Counted from the first letter of the stretch, positions 14,665 through 25,837 are shown. The stretch is DNA of 64,000 nt from an uncultured Clostridia bacterium (GCA_947626955.1 CANQUB010000001.1:10748-74747), one strand, 5' to 3'. Program-made: numbers and translations. The notes: a model not told the origin generated them from the letters alone.

Positions 14665-16227
14665 CTACGTTGCGGTGGCGACGGCGCGGGTTTCCCGAAT
14701 AATGTTAACCTTAATTTGGCCAGGATATTCAAGCTCGGCCTCGATCTTCTTGGCTATGTCTTTGGCAAGAACAATCATGCCGGCGTCGTCAACTTCTTCA
14801 GGCTTAACGGCAATACGAATTTCACGACCGGCCTGAATGGCGTAGGAAGTTTGCACGCCCTTAAAGCTGTTGGCAATCTCCTCAAGCTTTTCAAGACGCT
14901 TAACATAGGCATCAAGCGATTCACGCCTTGCCCCTGGCCTTGCACTGGAAATGGCGTCGGCCACTTGAACAAGCATGGCCTCGATGGATTTGTATTCAAC
15001 CCCACCATGATGGGCCTCGATGCAGTGGATGACCTCAGGGCTCTCCTTATACTTTTTGGCCACGTCAACGCCGATGGAAACGTGAGTTCCTTCCATCTCA
15101 AAGTCTAGCGCCTTGCCAATGTCGTGGAGCAGGCCTCCACGCTTTGCAACTGCCACATCGGCTCCAAGCTCACCCGCCAAAAGCCCGGCAAGATATGAGG
15201 TCTCAAGCGAATGCTTAAGTACGTTTTGGCCATAACTTGTGCGGTATTTCAGGCGGCCAAGAATCTTGATAAGCTCGGGATGAAGATTGAAAATTCCGGC
15301 CTCAAAAGCAGCGTTTTCGCCGGCCTCTTTAATGGTCTTTTCAATGTCTTTTTTGACCTTTTCAACGATGTCTTCTACCCTTGCTGGGTGGATTCGACCG
15401 TCGGTGATAAGCTTTTCAAGGGTCAGCCTTGCAACCTCGCGGCGGATTGGGTCAAAGCTTGATAAAATTACAGCCTCAGGGGTGTCGTCAACAATGAGGT
15501 CAACCCCGGTGGCAGTTTCGATTGCACGAATATTGCGGCCTTCACGCCCGATTATTCGGCCCTTCATTTCGTCATTTGGAAGAGGAACAGCGGTCACCGT
15601 CACCTCGGCAGTGTGGTCGGTAGCGCAGCGCTGAATTGCCAAAGTTATTATCTCTTTAGCTTTCTTTTCGCCCTCTTCACGAGCTTCGTTCTCGATGTCA
15701 CGAACAATTACGCCGGCCTCTTTTCTTGCGTCATCTTCGATGGATGCCACAAGCTGTTTTTTGGCCTCGGCCTGGGTAAGCCCCGACACTCTTTCAAGCT
15801 CTTTGTTGATGCCCTCAGCTTTTTTGTCTAGCTCTTTTTCACGGTTGACAAGATCTTGCTTGCCCTTTTCGATTTGGGCTTTAAGCTCGTCGGCCGTGGC
15901 AAGCTTTTTGTCTAGGCTCTCTTCCTTGCGGTCAAGAGCCTCTTCTCTTTGCACAACCCTATTCTCTAGGCGTTGCACCTCGGCACGACGCTCACGAATT
16001 TCGTCGTCCGATTGTTTTTTGAGTTTTAATGATTCTTCTTTTGCTTCAATTAGTGCCTCTTTTTTTAGAGTCTCTGCTTGTGCTTTAGCATCTTCAAGTG
16101 TTTTTTGTGCCTGGTTCAAAGTCTTACCAAAAGACTTCTTCAAAACGGCATAATAAGTCACTGTGCCAAGTAAAATGCCTACAACAAGAGCGACAACTAT
16201 GAGGCCTATTGCTAGTCCTGTGCTCAT
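14665..16227 (-). CDS. rny: ribonuclease Y
   Basis: 520 aa with an N-terminal TM, a coiled coil, a KH domain ([15 protein letters not shown]) and an HD domain (HSLETS..LLHDIGK). Confidence 0.95.
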   Translation of the reverse strand: MSTGLAIGLIVVALVVGILLGTVTYYAVLKKSFGKTLNQAQKTLEDAKAQAETLKKEALIEAKEESLKLKKQSDDEIRERRAEVQRLENRVVQREEALDRKEESLDKKLATADELKAQIEKGKQDLVNREKELDKKAEGINKELERVSGLTQAEAKKQLVASIEDDARKEAGVIVRDIENEAREEGEKKAKEIITLAIQRCATDHTAEVTVTAVPLPNDEMKGRIIGREGRNIRAIETATGVDLIVDDTPEAVILSSFDPIRREVARLTLEKLITDGRIHPARVEDIVEKVKKDIEKTIKEAGENAAFEAGIFNLHPELIKILGRLKYRTSYGQNVLKHSLETSYLAGLLAGELGADVAVAKRGGLLHDIGKALDFEMEGTHVSIGVDVAKKYKESPEVIHCIEAHHGGVEYKSIEAMLVQVADAISSARPGARRESLDAYVKRLEKLEEIANSFKGVQTSYAIQAGREIRIAVKPEEVDDAGMIVLAKDIAKKIEAELEYPGQIKVNIIRETRAVATAT

Positions 16228-16379
16228 AATGTCCTCCTAAAAATAAAATATATATAGAGCAAATTTATCTTTTGCTTATAATATCTCAATATGAATATAT
16301 CATACATGATGTCATATTACACTAATTGTCGCCCTCAAGTCAAGCAAATATAAAACACTATTAATTTATTGTTTGCAAT

Positions 16380-16406
16380 AAAAAAACACCAAAATTTTTT
16401 GGTGTT
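16380..16406 (-). terminator. intrinsic terminator after the 139-aa gene
   Basis: On the minus strand aacaccaaaa pairs with ttttggtgtt and is followed by a U-run. Confidence 0.7.
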
Positions 16407-16415
16407 TCTTTTCAT

Positions 16416-16835
16416 TTAATTTTCGCCAGGCTGACTACCGTTTTTTGACGCCTTTAGGCCTCCCAATAAGCCTTTATTATATTCATCAATGAATCTTTCA
16501 GGGCCTCTCTTGGTTTGATAATAGGTTGGGTCTGACATAAATATTGTAGAATACACTAATAGTTCATCTCTAGATTCATAATCAGTAAGCAGTACTTGGC
16601 GTTCATGATTATTATCAATAAAGTATAGTTTGCCGCCCTCTTCTTGCATTGCCCTCGTGACTTTAGCATATCCTGGATCTTTAATATCCAAAACGAGCAA
16701 TCCCCCAGTGAACGCATAGACCTCAGCATTGTTGTTATCGAAAAACTCTTGAAGTAGGCTCAAAATATGCACGGATTTTGGATCATTAAACCTGCCATGT
16801 AGCCAAGCCTCATTTAAAAATTCTCTAACTTTCAT
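16416..16835 (-). CDS. hypothetical protein (139 aa)
   Basis: Clean ORF between recA and rny with host-like composition. No family recognised. Confidence 0.6.
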   Translation of the reverse strand: MKVREFLNEAWLHGRFNDPKSVHILSLLQEFFDNNNAEVYAFTGGLLVLDIKDPGYAKVTRAMQEEGGKLYFIDNNHERQVLLTDYESRDELLVYSTIFMSDPTYYQTKRGPERFIDEYNKGLLGGLKASKNGSQPGEN

Positions 16836-16891
16836 TTTTATTTCCCTCCTCGTATTTAAATGCTACCACAAAAGCCCGTTTTTGTCAATAC

Positions 16892-17884
16892 TCAGGCTTG
16901 CTTGTCCTTTAGGATCTCGCGAATCTTTTGCTCAACTTCGGTTGCAAAGTCAGGGTTGTTTGCAAGGTAGCCCTTGGCGTTTTCTTTGCCTTGGGCAATC
17001 TTTTCGCCGTTATAGCTAAACCATGCACCGCTCTTTTGGATAATGTCGTTTTCTATGGCAAGGTCAAGCAGGCAGCCTTCTTTTGAAATGCCTTGGCCGA
17101 ACACAATGTCAAACTCGGCAGTTTTAAATGGAGGAGCCATTTTGTTTTTAACAATCTTGACTTTGGTTCTCGAGCCCACGCTTTGGTCGCCGTCTTTGAT
17201 AGTTTCACCCTTTCTAACGTCCATACGAACGCTGGCATAGAACTTAAGGGCCTTTCCACCAGGGGTGGTTTCGGGGTTGCCGAACATTACTCCAACTTTT
17301 TCACGCAACTGGTTGATAAATATGACGCAGGTCTTGGTCTTTGAGGTTATTCCGGCAAGCTTTCTTAGAGCTTGGCTCATAAGCCTTGCCTGAAGGCCGA
17401 CATGGCTGTCCCCCATTTCGCCATCAATCTCGGCCTTTGGAGTTAGAGCTGCAACCGAGTCGATAACCACGATGTCTACCGAACCACTTCTAACAAGGCT
17501 TTCGCAAATTTCAAGACCCTGCTCACCTGTGTCTGGCTGAGAAACCAAAAGGTTTTTGATGTCTACACCAAGGCGCTGAGCATAGATTGGGTCAAGCGCG
17601 TGCTCTGCATCAATAAATGCTGCCGTTCCACCAAGACGCTGAGCCTCGGCAATGATGTGCAGCGAAACCGTGGTTTTACCCGAAGATTCAGGGCCATAAA
17701 TTTCTATGATCCTGCCACGTGGCACACCGCCAATTCCAAGAGCCATGTCAAGGGTCAAGCAGCCGGTTGGGATGACCTCTACGGCCTCGGCTGGCTGATC
17801 GCCAAGTTTCATAATGCTGCCTTTACCAAACTGCTTTTCAATTTGCGCAATGGCTTGTTCAAGTGCTTTTTCTTTATCTGTCAT
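16892..17884 (-). CDS. recA: recombinase RecA
   Basis: 330 aa with GPESSGKTT Walker [10 protein letters not shown] and typical L1/L2 regions. Confidence 0.97.
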   Translation of the reverse strand: MTDKEKALEQAIAQIEKQFGKGSIMKLGDQPAEAVEVIPTGCLTLDMALGIGGVPRGRIIEIYGPESSGKTTVSLHIIAEAQRLGGTAAFIDAEHALDPIYAQRLGVDIKNLLVSQPDTGEQGLEICESLVRSGSVDIVVIDSVAALTPKAEIDGEMGDSHVGLQARLMSQALRKLAGITSKTKTCVIFINQLREKVGVMFGNPETTPGGKALKFYASVRMDVRKGETIKDGDQSVGSRTKVKIVKNKMAPPFKTAEFDIVFGQGISKEGCLLDLAIENDIIQKSGAWFSYNGEKIAQGKENAKGYLANNPDFATEVEQKIREILKDKQA

Positions 17885-17894
17885 TTTTCTTCCC

Positions 17895-18596
17895 TCACTT
17901 TAATTGATTTATTATCCTAAAACATATTGTCTTTGCCAGTTGGTTCATTTGGTCTCGCTTTTTGCCCTCAGCCTCTTGCTTTATGAGCTTTACGCCGTCT
18001 TCACTGCCAATGGCCACATAGGATACAATTCTATTATCATTATAATACAAATTGTTGCCCTCGGCAAGTGTAGAGAGCGAAACAACATACAAATCGGCGG
18101 CAATTCGGCTACGCATAAACGAGGCGATGTCGAAGGCTATCTCGCTGCAAACCCCGTGGTTGACTGTGAACTTGAATGGGCTAAGGTCAAAGTGGTTTTG
18201 CATGGCACGGACCGACGGCATGACATAGCTGGTCTTAACAATTTGCTCGGCCCCATCAAAGGCCATAAGATTGCTGGTTATAATTCCGCCGGTGGCCTGT
18301 TCCATAAGGCAAATGGTCTTGTTTCTAAGCTTCAAAACCTCGAAAAGCCGCTCGTAGAGACTGACATCTTCATAGGCGTAGATGTATTTTGCAAAGCAGT
18401 TTACAATCTTCTTTATTTCGCCCTCAAAAGTGCCATCTTCCTTCTTTTCATCTATATACAAGAAGGCGTCTTCATACTTTTCTTTAACATAGGTTTTTAT
18501 GCTAGGAAGAAGGCCAAGCTCACCGAGTTTGTCCTCAATTTCCTGCTTTTTAAGTCCAAAGAGTTTCAGGGTTTGGTTCTTCATTTTATTTTTCAA
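17895..18596 (-). CDS. CinA C-terminal domain protein (PncC-like nicotinamide-nucleotide amidase family), lacking the MoCF-type N-domain
   Basis: [12 protein letters not shown] corresponds to the ESCTGG motif of CinA_C. pgsA-cinA-recA synteny supports the call. Confidence 0.7.
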   Translation of the reverse strand: MKNKMKNQTLKLFGLKKQEIEDKLGELGLLPSIKTYVKEKYEDAFLYIDEKKEDGTFEGEIKKIVNCFAKYIYAYEDVSLYERLFEVLKLRNKTICLMEQATGGIITSNLMAFDGAEQIVKTSYVMPSVRAMQNHFDLSPFKFTVNHGVCSEIAFDIASFMRSRIAADLYVVSLSTLAEGNNLYYNDNRIVSYVAIGSEDGVKLIKQEAEGKKRDQMNQLAKTICFRIINQLK

Positions 18597-19212
18597 CCTC
18601 GTTATTATTCTTCAAAGCCTTTACCGCCTTGACGCTGTAGTTCACGCAAGAGATGACGCAAAGTGCCACCCCGACAAGCATAAGCCCCATGCCAAAGCTT
18701 CGAACATATTCAAGAGGCATCTTGCCTATATAGGCGTTTTCAGCCCCCGAAAGGCAGCTGCGAAGGCCAACATAAAGCATGAGTATCATGGCCGAAATGT
18801 CCAAAAATAGCGACTTTATCTTGCCAAAGATGTCGGCAGCGATGACTATGTTTTTGTTGGCTGCCACCATTCTTATTCCGCTGATTATTGTGTCGCGAAG
18901 AACAATCACCAGCACCATTATAACAGCCAGCCAAACGTAGGTCACATTGCCAGCAAACAGCACCAAAATTATGGCCGTGGTGGTGATGGCCTTGTCGGCA
19001 ATTTGGTCCATAAACTTGCCAAAGTCGGTTATCATGTTATACTTTCTTGCAATGTAGCCGTCAAGAAAGTCAGTAAGGCACGCAAGGGCGTAGACCCCAA
19101 GGGCCACAAACACGCCAATGCCGCTTGGAATATTGACTAGAAACAGTACAACCACTATAGGCGTGCAGGCCAATCTTATCATTGTTAAAATATTTGGAAC
19201 ATTCCACTTCAT
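18586..19212 (-). CDS. pgsA: CDP-diacylglycerol--glycerol-3-phosphate 3-phosphatidyltransferase
   Basis: CDP-alcohol phosphatidyltransferase motif DFLDGYIARK..G.FMDQIADK, multiple TM segments, and synteny. Confidence 0.9.
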   Translation of the reverse strand: MKWNVPNILTMIRLACTPIVVVLFLVNIPSGIGVFVALGVYALACLTDFLDGYIARKYNMITDFGKFMDQIADKAITTTAIILVLFAGNVTYVWLAVIMVLVIVLRDTIISGIRMVAANKNIVIAADIFGKIKSLFLDISAMILMLYVGLRSCLSGAENAYIGKMPLEYVRSFGMGLMLVGVALCVISCVNYSVKAVKALKNNNEVEK

Positions 19213-20558
19213 TAGACTTTATCTCCATATAAATCGTAATCTTTAACACGTTTTATCTTGATGTTGTAAAACTCGCCAATGTCAGCCCTTTCGCTGCTTT
19301 TGAAGTAGACAAGGGTGTCAATTTCGGGCGACTGGTACTGCGACCTTCCAAAGAAGCGTGCCTTGGAGTAGTCAATGCCCTCGTAGCAAACTTCGAGGGT
19401 CTTTCCCACCCACTTTCTATTTTCTTTCTTGACCACTTTTCTTTGAAGCTTAACAAGCTTTATAAGGCGTTTTTGCTTTGTCCTTTCGCTGACCTGGTTA
19501 GGAAGAGTGGCCGCCGCCGTTCCTTCCTCACGAGAGTATGCAAAGAAGCCAACATGAGTTAGCGGCTCATTTTTAATGAAGTTATACAGCTCCAAAAAGT
19601 CGTCGTCGGTCTCGCCAGGGAAGCCCACCATAAAGGTGGTGCGAATGGCCACTGGCTGTGGCAGGGCTTTGATCTTTTTTACAAGTTCCACCACCCCGTC
19701 ATGATCAATGTGGCGGTTCATCCTCTTTAAAATGCCGTTTGAAACGTGCTGGAAAGGAATGTCGAGGTAGTTGCAAAGCTTTTCATTATTCATCATCTCG
19801 TCTAGCAGTTCGTCGGTGATGAGCTCTGGATAGCAATATAGCAGCCTTATCCACTTGAGATTTTGAATCTTGGACAGCTCACGAATGAGGTCAACAAGCT
19901 GAGGCTTGCCGTCTTTTGAAAGGTCGGTGCCATATCTTGTCACGTCTTGTGCCACAAGGATAATCTCGTGTGCACCATTGTTGGCAAGGTCGGTGGCCTC
20001 TTCCACAAGCTCCTTTATCGACCTAGAGCGATAGCTGCCACGAATGTATGGAATGGTGCAGAAGGTGCAGTAGTTATCGCAGCCGTCGGCAATCTTTAGA
20101 TAGGCGTAGTGATTAGGCGTGGTGATCATGCGGTTTTTGACCTTGCTCTCGTGCGGCTTGCCGTCAACAGCAATTATCCTTTGACCGTCCTTATATGACT
20201 GGTCCAAAAGACTTACAATATTTTCATACTGGTTGATACCCATGAAAATGTCCACTTCGGGCAAGTCTTTTCGCATTTCTTTCAACCACTTTTGAGGCAT
20301 ACAGCCGGTAACCACGAGCTTTTTGCAAGAGCCCAGCCTCTTGTATTCACACATCTCAAAAATGGTGTCCATGCTCTCTTTGCGGGCATTGGCAATAAAG
20401 CCGCAAGTGTTGATAATTATTATCTCGGCCTTGGATGGATCACTGGTAAAAGCATAGCCGCCTTCACTCAAAAAGGTCAGCATATGCTCGGTGTCGACAC
20501 GGTTCTTGTCGCACCCAAGCGAGATAACACCAACAAGTTTCTTTTTTTCGTTCTTCAT
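19212..20558 (-). CDS. rimO: ribosomal protein S12 methylthiotransferase RimO (radical SAM, MiaB family)
   Basis: N-terminal SLGCDKNRVD, radical-SAM CDNYCTFC, C-terminal TRAM domain. Confidence 0.85.
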   Translation of the reverse strand: MKNEKKKLVGVISLGCDKNRVDTEHMLTFLSEGGYAFTSDPSKAEIIIINTCGFIANARKESMDTIFEMCEYKRLGSCKKLVVTGCMPQKWLKEMRKDLPEVDIFMGINQYENIVSLLDQSYKDGQRIIAVDGKPHESKVKNRMITTPNHYAYLKIADGCDNYCTFCTIPYIRGSYRSRSIKELVEEATDLANNGAHEIILVAQDVTRYGTDLSKDGKPQLVDLIRELSKIQNLKWIRLLYCYPELITDELLDEMMNNEKLCNYLDIPFQHVSNGILKRMNRHIDHDGVVELVKKIKALPQPVAIRTTFMVGFPGETDDDFLELYNFIKNEPLTHVGFFAYSREEGTAAATLPNQVSERTKQKRLIKLVKLQRKVVKKENRKWVGKTLEVCYEGIDYSKARFFGRSQYQSPEIDTLVYFKSSERADIGEFYNIKIKRVKDYDLYGDKV

Positions 20559-20569
20559 ACCTTCTTCCT

Positions 20570-23500
20570 TTATTCGGCGTCATAGTCGCCAAAAAGCTGA
20601 TTGTATTCTTCTATGGTTATCTTGACGTCGCGTGGCTTGTTGCCAATTCCGCCGTCAATAAAGCCATGCACTTCCATTTGGTCGATGATTCGGGCCGCAC
20701 GGGCATATCCCACGCTGAAACGGCGTTGAATCATGCTGATCGAGGCCTTGCCATTTTTCATGACAAGCTTCAAGGCTTGTGGCATATATTCGTCCATCTT
20801 ATCGTCGCCGCCGCCCTCGCCCTCGTCGCCATCGTCATCCTCATCCTTTTCAGGCTCGGCATAGATCTCTTTTTGCACCTCTTCGTCGTATACCGAAGGG
20901 TTGTGCTCTTTTATAAAGATAAGGGTCTTTCTTATCTCTTCATCACTGACAAAGGCTGCCTGCAAACGCACAAGCTGGTTGCTGTCCTGAGCCGAGAGGA
21001 GCATATCCCCTTGGCCAAGCAGTTTTTCAGCACCGCCCTGGTTTATGACTGTCATCGAGTCGATGGCACTAGACAGCGAGAAGGCCACACGGGTTGGCAG
21101 GTTGTTTTTGATTGTTCCGGTAACCACATCGGTGGAAGGACGCTGAGTGGCCACAACCATGTGTATTCCGGCCGCACGCCCAAGCTGGGTTATACGCTGA
21201 ATCTTGCCCTCGACATCTTTCTTGGCAATGCCCATAAGCTCGGCAAGCTCGTCGATAACAATTACAAGATATGGCAGTTTCTTTTCTCGGCCCTCTTTAA
21301 CGGCTGGGCACTCGTTGAACTGCTCAAGCTTTTGACACTCGTTATCCATCAAGAGCTGATATCTTCGCTCCATCTCTTTAACCGCCCATCCAAGAGCACT
21401 TACCGCCTTTGAGCAGTCGCTGACAATTTCAGGCAGCATCATGTGCGGCATCTTGTTGTATCTTGAAAATTCCACCCTCTTTGGGTCGACCATTATGAAC
21501 CTTAACTCCTCAGGCGAATGCTTATACATAAGGCTCATGATAAGCGAGTGCAAGAACACCGATTTACCCGAACCGGTTGATCCGGCAACCAACAGGTGCA
21601 CCATCTTTGGCAGGCTCTTTATTATAACCTCGCCCGAAATGTTTTTACCAATGGCAACAGGGAGCGGGCCTTTGAAGTTCTTAAACTCAGGGCTTTCGAC
21701 AAGTTCTCTAAGTCCAACCATAGAGGCCTTGGCGTTTTCTACCTCAACACCAAAGGCGTTCTTGCCCGGAATTGGAGCTTCAATACGCACGCCGCTGCGG
21801 GTGGCAAGGTTCATACTCATGTCTTTATCATAGGCAAGCACACGGCTTACAGGAATGCCCGAAGGCATACTCATTTCGTATCTAGTTACCTTTGGCCCAC
21901 GAACAACGTTTATGACCTTGGCTGAAATTTTGAAGTCATTTAGAGTCTTTTCCAAAATTTCGCTCTTTTGCTTGTATTCTTCGCTATAGTCAACGTGCTC
22001 CTCTTTGACAACATTCAAAAGGTCGGTTGGCGGAGCAACATATTTTTGGTTTAATTGCTTTGCAAAGTCGTTTTGAGGCTTTTCTCTAACCTCGCTTTGT
22101 GGCTTCTCACGCTCACCAAGGCGGTCACGGCCGTCCAGCACCGAAGCAAAGTTATTTACAGGCTTTGCCTCAATTCCAAGCGAGGTGGCATTTGCCAAAA
22201 TGTCCCCACCTGCTCTACGGTCGGACAAGCGAGATGGAAACTCCTCAGTCTTGTTCTCTTCGGCCTTCAATGAAAAGTCTGAAAGGGTGGTTTTTTCGCT
22301 GTCAAGTCCCCTCCTGTCCAGCCTGTCACGGCTGATTCGATCGGTGCGATCGGCATTTAACCTATCGGTGCGGTCAACTCGGTCGGCACGGTCACGGTTT
22401 ACACGGTCCAGCCTATCCGACCTATCCACACGCTCGGTGCGGTCCACGCCACGGTCGCGGCCGTTGTCGGCTGGCAAAATGGAGCTTTCCTCGGCTGGCT
22501 GGCTTTGGTAAATTCCAAGTCCCTCGTCACGGCGGCGGACATCCCTACCTTCAAAGCTCTTGGTTGGCCTATACTCACCCCAGCTGGTCTTAACCAGTCC
22601 AGTGTCGGTCTCTTCGGTAGGCTCAATGCTAGGTTCTTCGGTCTTTGGAAGGTTTTCGTCATAGCTAAGGGTTTGCGAAGCATATTGCCTTTTCCATGCG
22701 TCACGGTCGTCGCTTGAGCGGTCAAAGATGTTTGGGACGGCCGGGCCATCACCAAACAGGATGTCATGGGCCGAGCGAGGCTCGACGTTTTCTTCAGGCT
22801 TTGCCTCTTCTCGATCGCCAAACAGCACATTTTTTGCATAATCTTTTTCGGTTACAACCTTTTCAGGTTCGGTTTTCTCGGTAAATAAGCTTTGGTTTTG
22901 GTCAAAGCCAAAGGCTGGCGATGGTTCTTCGTCGTTGGTGGTGGTTTCAAAAAGGCTTGGCTCATCCGAAGCAGTCTCGCTCCCCTCAAAGCCTTCAAAC
23001 AGGCTTGGTACTTTTTCGGGGTTCTTTACCGAAAAGCTGTAGCCCTCGTCCTCGCCATATGGCTTGGTCTCTTCAAGGCGTCTTTCAATATCCTGCCTGT
23101 TTTTAATCTCTTTTCTCTTTCTAGCCTTATTATAGATAAGATAATCCACAATAAGCCCAATGAACACGGTGGCCAAAATGGCAAACACCACATATGCTCC
23201 ACCAAGTTTTAGAAGTGCGCGCACAAAGAACACCACAATGCCCAGCAAAACGCCGCCAACGGTGATGCCGTTTTCCATGTTGTAGCAAGCCTTAAGGTAG
23301 CCGCCCATGTCTTTGAACGAAACATAGGTGCTGTTTAGCATTTTAGATGTAAAGATGGTGTGGGCAAGGCAAAGCAGCGAAAGTATTGCCACAGCCAAAT
23401 AAAAGGTGAACTTTTTTGAAAAAGTGTAGCTAAGGTTCATTATAAGCGCGGTTCCCAAAAGCACCAAGAACAGGCAAAGCGGATAGGTCAACACCCCAAG

Positions 23501-23635
23501 CACGCCAAGGAAGAAATTTCCAATTACAAGTGCCGATGGAAAAAGGCTAAAAAGGAAAACCAGCACGCCTAGAACAATAAGGCAGATGCCAATAGTCTTT
23601 TTTATGCTAAAACCTTTAGAGTTATTTTTAGCCAA
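20570..23635 (-). CDS. ftsK: DNA translocase FtsK/SpoIIIE
   Basis: 1021 aa with N-terminal TM helices, a long linker, the motor domain (GSTGSGKSV, VIVIDELAEL) and a gamma domain (ISMIQRRFSVGYARAARIID). Confidence 0.95.
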   Translation of the reverse strand: MAKNNSKGFSIKKTIGICLIVLGVLVFLFSLFPSALVIGNFFLGVLGVLTYPLCLFLVLLGTALIMNLSYTFSKKFTFYLAVAILSLLCLAHTIFTSKMLNSTYVSFKDMGGYLKACYNMENGITVGGVLLGIVVFFVRALLKLGGAYVVFAILATVFIGLIVDYLIYNKARKRKEIKNRQDIERRLEETKPYGEDEGYSFSVKNPEKVPSLFEGFEGSETASDEPSLFETTTNDEEPSPAFGFDQNQSLFTEKTEPEKVVTEKDYAKNVLFGDREEAKPEENVEPRSAHDILFGDGPAVPNIFDRSSDDRDAWKRQYASQTLSYDENLPKTEEPSIEPTEETDTGLVKTSWGEYRPTKSFEGRDVRRRDEGLGIYQSQPAEESSILPADNGRDRGVDRTERVDRSDRLDRVNRDRADRVDRTDRLNADRTDRISRDRLDRRGLDSEKTTLSDFSLKAEENKTEEFPSRLSDRRAGGDILANATSLGIEAKPVNNFASVLDGRDRLGEREKPQSEVREKPQNDFAKQLNQKYVAPPTDLLNVVKEEHVDYSEEYKQKSEILEKTLNDFKISAKVINVVRGPKVTRYEMSMPSGIPVSRVLAYDKDMSMNLATRSGVRIEAPIPGKNAFGVEVENAKASMVGLRELVESPEFKNFKGPLPVAIGKNISGEVIIKSLPKMVHLLVAGSTGSGKSVFLHSLIMSLMYKHSPEELRFIMVDPKRVEFSRYNKMPHMMLPEIVSDCSKAVSALGWAVKEMERRYQLLMDNECQKLEQFNECPAVKEGREKKLPYLVIVIDELAELMGIAKKDVEGKIQRITQLGRAAGIHMVVATQRPSTDVVTGTIKNNLPTRVAFSLSSAIDSMTVINQGGAEKLLGQGDMLLSAQDSNQLVRLQAAFVSDEEIRKTLIFIKEHNPSVYDEEVQKEIYAEPEKDEDDDGDEGEGGGDDKMDEYMPQALKLVMKNGKASISMIQRRFSVGYARAARIIDQMEVHGFIDGGIGNKPRDVKITIEEYNQLFGDYDAE

Positions 23636-23650
23636 AGTTACACCTCGAAA

Positions 23651-24901
23651 TTAGTCTATATAGTCAAGAGAGTCTAGCTCAACAGGTGAGCCAAGATATG
23701 CAATGTACATCTTTGAGAAATCGAAGATGTCATTTAAAACCTTTGTTGCGTCTTTGGTCTTTAAAAGCTCAATCTTCATAAGCTCGCTAGAAATGTTGTA
23801 GCTTTGCTTGTTGATGGCCACCTCTTTGATGGCAGCCTTGTTGAGATCGTAGCTGTTTTCGTTTTCTTGAAGATATTTAATGATGTAGGCATTTTTTTCA
23901 ATTTCGAACTCGTTTTCTGCAATATTGCTGCTAGCAAAGTTCTTTATGCCCTCAACCACCTTGTCGAGATACTCCTTGGTTTTTTCATAGTCGACCATGG
24001 TCTCGATGGTGAGCTTTCCGTTGTTTGCATAGTAGGTGTTTGAAATGTTCTCGCTGTGGAAATATGAAGTCTCAGCAAGGTTGGCCTTAATGCTCTTTAA
24101 GACAAGCGGCAAAACAATGTTTAGCACATGGCGATAATTAGACTTGTAACTAATGGATGGGAAGGCCAGCACCATGCGGCTTTGGTTAAGCTTTTTGTTC
24201 TTGGTTCTCTCCCCGCCCATAAAGTCTTCGATTGGTGCAACGAACTTGAGCTTTTTGTAGTCGCCGCCGTCTATGAACTTTGAATAGAAAGTCTTCATGA
24301 CTTTTTCGTACACTTCGTCGGCATCAACATCGCCCACAACTGCAATGATGCAGTTTTTAGGAGTTAAAATACGGTTCATGAAATTTTGACAGTCGCCCGA
24401 AGTCATTCGTGAAATGGTGGTCACGGTGCCAAACTTGGCGTTGGCAAGGCCGGTACGATAGAACAGGGCCTGGTTTACCATCTTGTCTAGAAGGTATGAC
24501 GGGTTTTCTTGCAGCTTATAGATGTCGGACAGCAGGCTGTTTCGAACAATGTCGCCCGAGCTAACTGAAAACTCGCTGTCGAAGGCAATCTCGCACAAAA
24601 GGTCAATGGCCTTATCGATATTCGAGGTGGTGGTCGAAGCCGAAATCATGATGTTTTCGGCAGTGTTGTCTCGAGACAGCACCACTCCGTTGGCTTTTGC
24701 ATAGTCGCCAAGAAGGGCTGCTCCAGGGTGCTCTTTTGTTCCCATCAAAAGCATGCGGGACAAAAACTCGCTCACCCCTGCCTCATAGTTTTTTTCCGAC
24801 TGCGTTCCACTGGTGATGGACAAAACCACCGATACCAGCCTTGTATCTTTCTTTGGGATGACCGACAGCCTTAGACCGTTTGGATATATCTTTAGTGCCA
24901 T
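23651..24901 (-). CDS. M16-family (pitrilysin-like) protein with a degenerate zinc motif
   Basis: 416 aa with the M16 fold pattern. EFLSR occupies the position of HxxEH. It sits in the MlpA/YmxG-equivalent position after the deacetylase. Confidence 0.8.
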   Translation of the reverse strand: MALKIYPNGLRLSVIPKKDTRLVSVVLSITSGTQSEKNYEAGVSEFLSRMLLMGTKEHPGAALLGDYAKANGVVLSRDNTAENIMISASTTTSNIDKAIDLLCEIAFDSEFSVSSGDIVRNSLLSDIYKLQENPSYLLDKMVNQALFYRTGLANAKFGTVTTISRMTSGDCQNFMNRILTPKNCIIAVVGDVDADEVYEKVMKTFYSKFIDGGDYKKLKFVAPIEDFMGGERTKNKKLNQSRMVLAFPSISYKSNYRHVLNIVLPLVLKSIKANLAETSYFHSENISNTYYANNGKLTIETMVDYEKTKEYLDKVVEGIKNFASSNIAENEFEIEKNAYIIKYLQENENSYDLNKAAIKEVAINKQSYNISSELMKIELLKTKDATKVLNDIFDFSKMYIAYLGSPVELDSLDYID

Positions 24902-24998
24902 AAAAAACTCCTAAATATTTTTATAAATAAAGTATAACATAATAAAATCCGTTTTGGAAAACGGATTTAAATAGTTTTTTATAAATTTTGTATATTTT

Positions 24999-25733
24999 TT
25001 ACTCTTTAATTGTATTAGAGACCGTGTCTGGGGTCAGTTTTTTACTTTTAATGCAAGTTAAAATGCTCTCAAGGGCATCACGAGTGCAGGCCGTTGGGTG
25101 CATTAGAATCAGGTCTCCCGAATGCAAATTATTTATGGCTCTTGAATAGATAAGGTTGGTGTCCTTGTCTCGCCAGTCGATGGTGTCACGCGTCCAAAGT
25201 ATGGTTTTGTAGCCAAGGCTTTCGGCAGCTTTTACCGTGCCCACACTATAACTGCCACCAGGTGGTGCAAATAGATTCATGTCGATGCCTAAAACCTTCT
25301 TTACCTCGTCGTGACAAGATTGTATTTCACTTATATTTTGCTGGCTGTTTAAATTGGCATGTTCTTTGTGGTTTGTGCCATGATTGCCAATTTCGTGCCC
25401 TTTTTCATAGATGAGCTTTAACATATCTGGATTCTCTTTAACCCAAGTGCCACCCACGAAAAAAGTGCATTTTGCATCATATTTTTCTAAAATTTCCAGC
25501 ATATTTTGCAAAAATTCGGTTCCCCAGTACACATTTATCATGAGGGCCACCTTGCCGCTATCTTCATTCCCGGCATAGATTACCCCGCGGTATGACTTAT
25601 ATACACTTACTGCCTCGACATTGGTAAACAGCCCGCAGCCCAGCATACAAATTCCAACCAGGCACACAAGTGCAAAATTGACCAGTCCATGAATGATAAA
25701 ATTTTGTCTTCTTTCAGCTTTTTCCATACGCAC
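24999..25733 (-). CDS. polysaccharide deacetylase family protein (YlxY-like)
   Basis: NodB-type motifs (FFVGGTW, EIGNHGTNH) with an N-terminal TM. It lies downstream of pnp, as in Bacillus. Confidence 0.85.
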   Translation of the reverse strand: MRMEKAERRQNFIIHGLVNFALVCLVGICMLGCGLFTNVEAVSVYKSYRGVIYAGNEDSGKVALMINVYWGTEFLQNMLEILEKYDAKCTFFVGGTWVKENPDMLKLIYEKGHEIGNHGTNHKEHANLNSQQNISEIQSCHDEVKKVLGIDMNLFAPPGGSYSVGTVKAAESLGYKTILWTRDTIDWRDKDTNLIYSRAINNLHSGDLILMHPTACTRDALESILTCIKSKKLTPDTVSNTIKE

Positions 25734-25837
25734 CTCTAATTAAGTATATGACCTAAAAAACGGGTTATTACTTATAAAAAGACAAAAATTTGCATGAAAA
25801 AACCTGCCAAAAATTTCAGCAGGTTTTCTTTCTTTTT

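Noticed and set aside
17904-18632. 242-aa plus-strand ORF
   Set aside because: It is fully antisense to the cinA-like and pgsA genes, which have clear family motifs and synteny.
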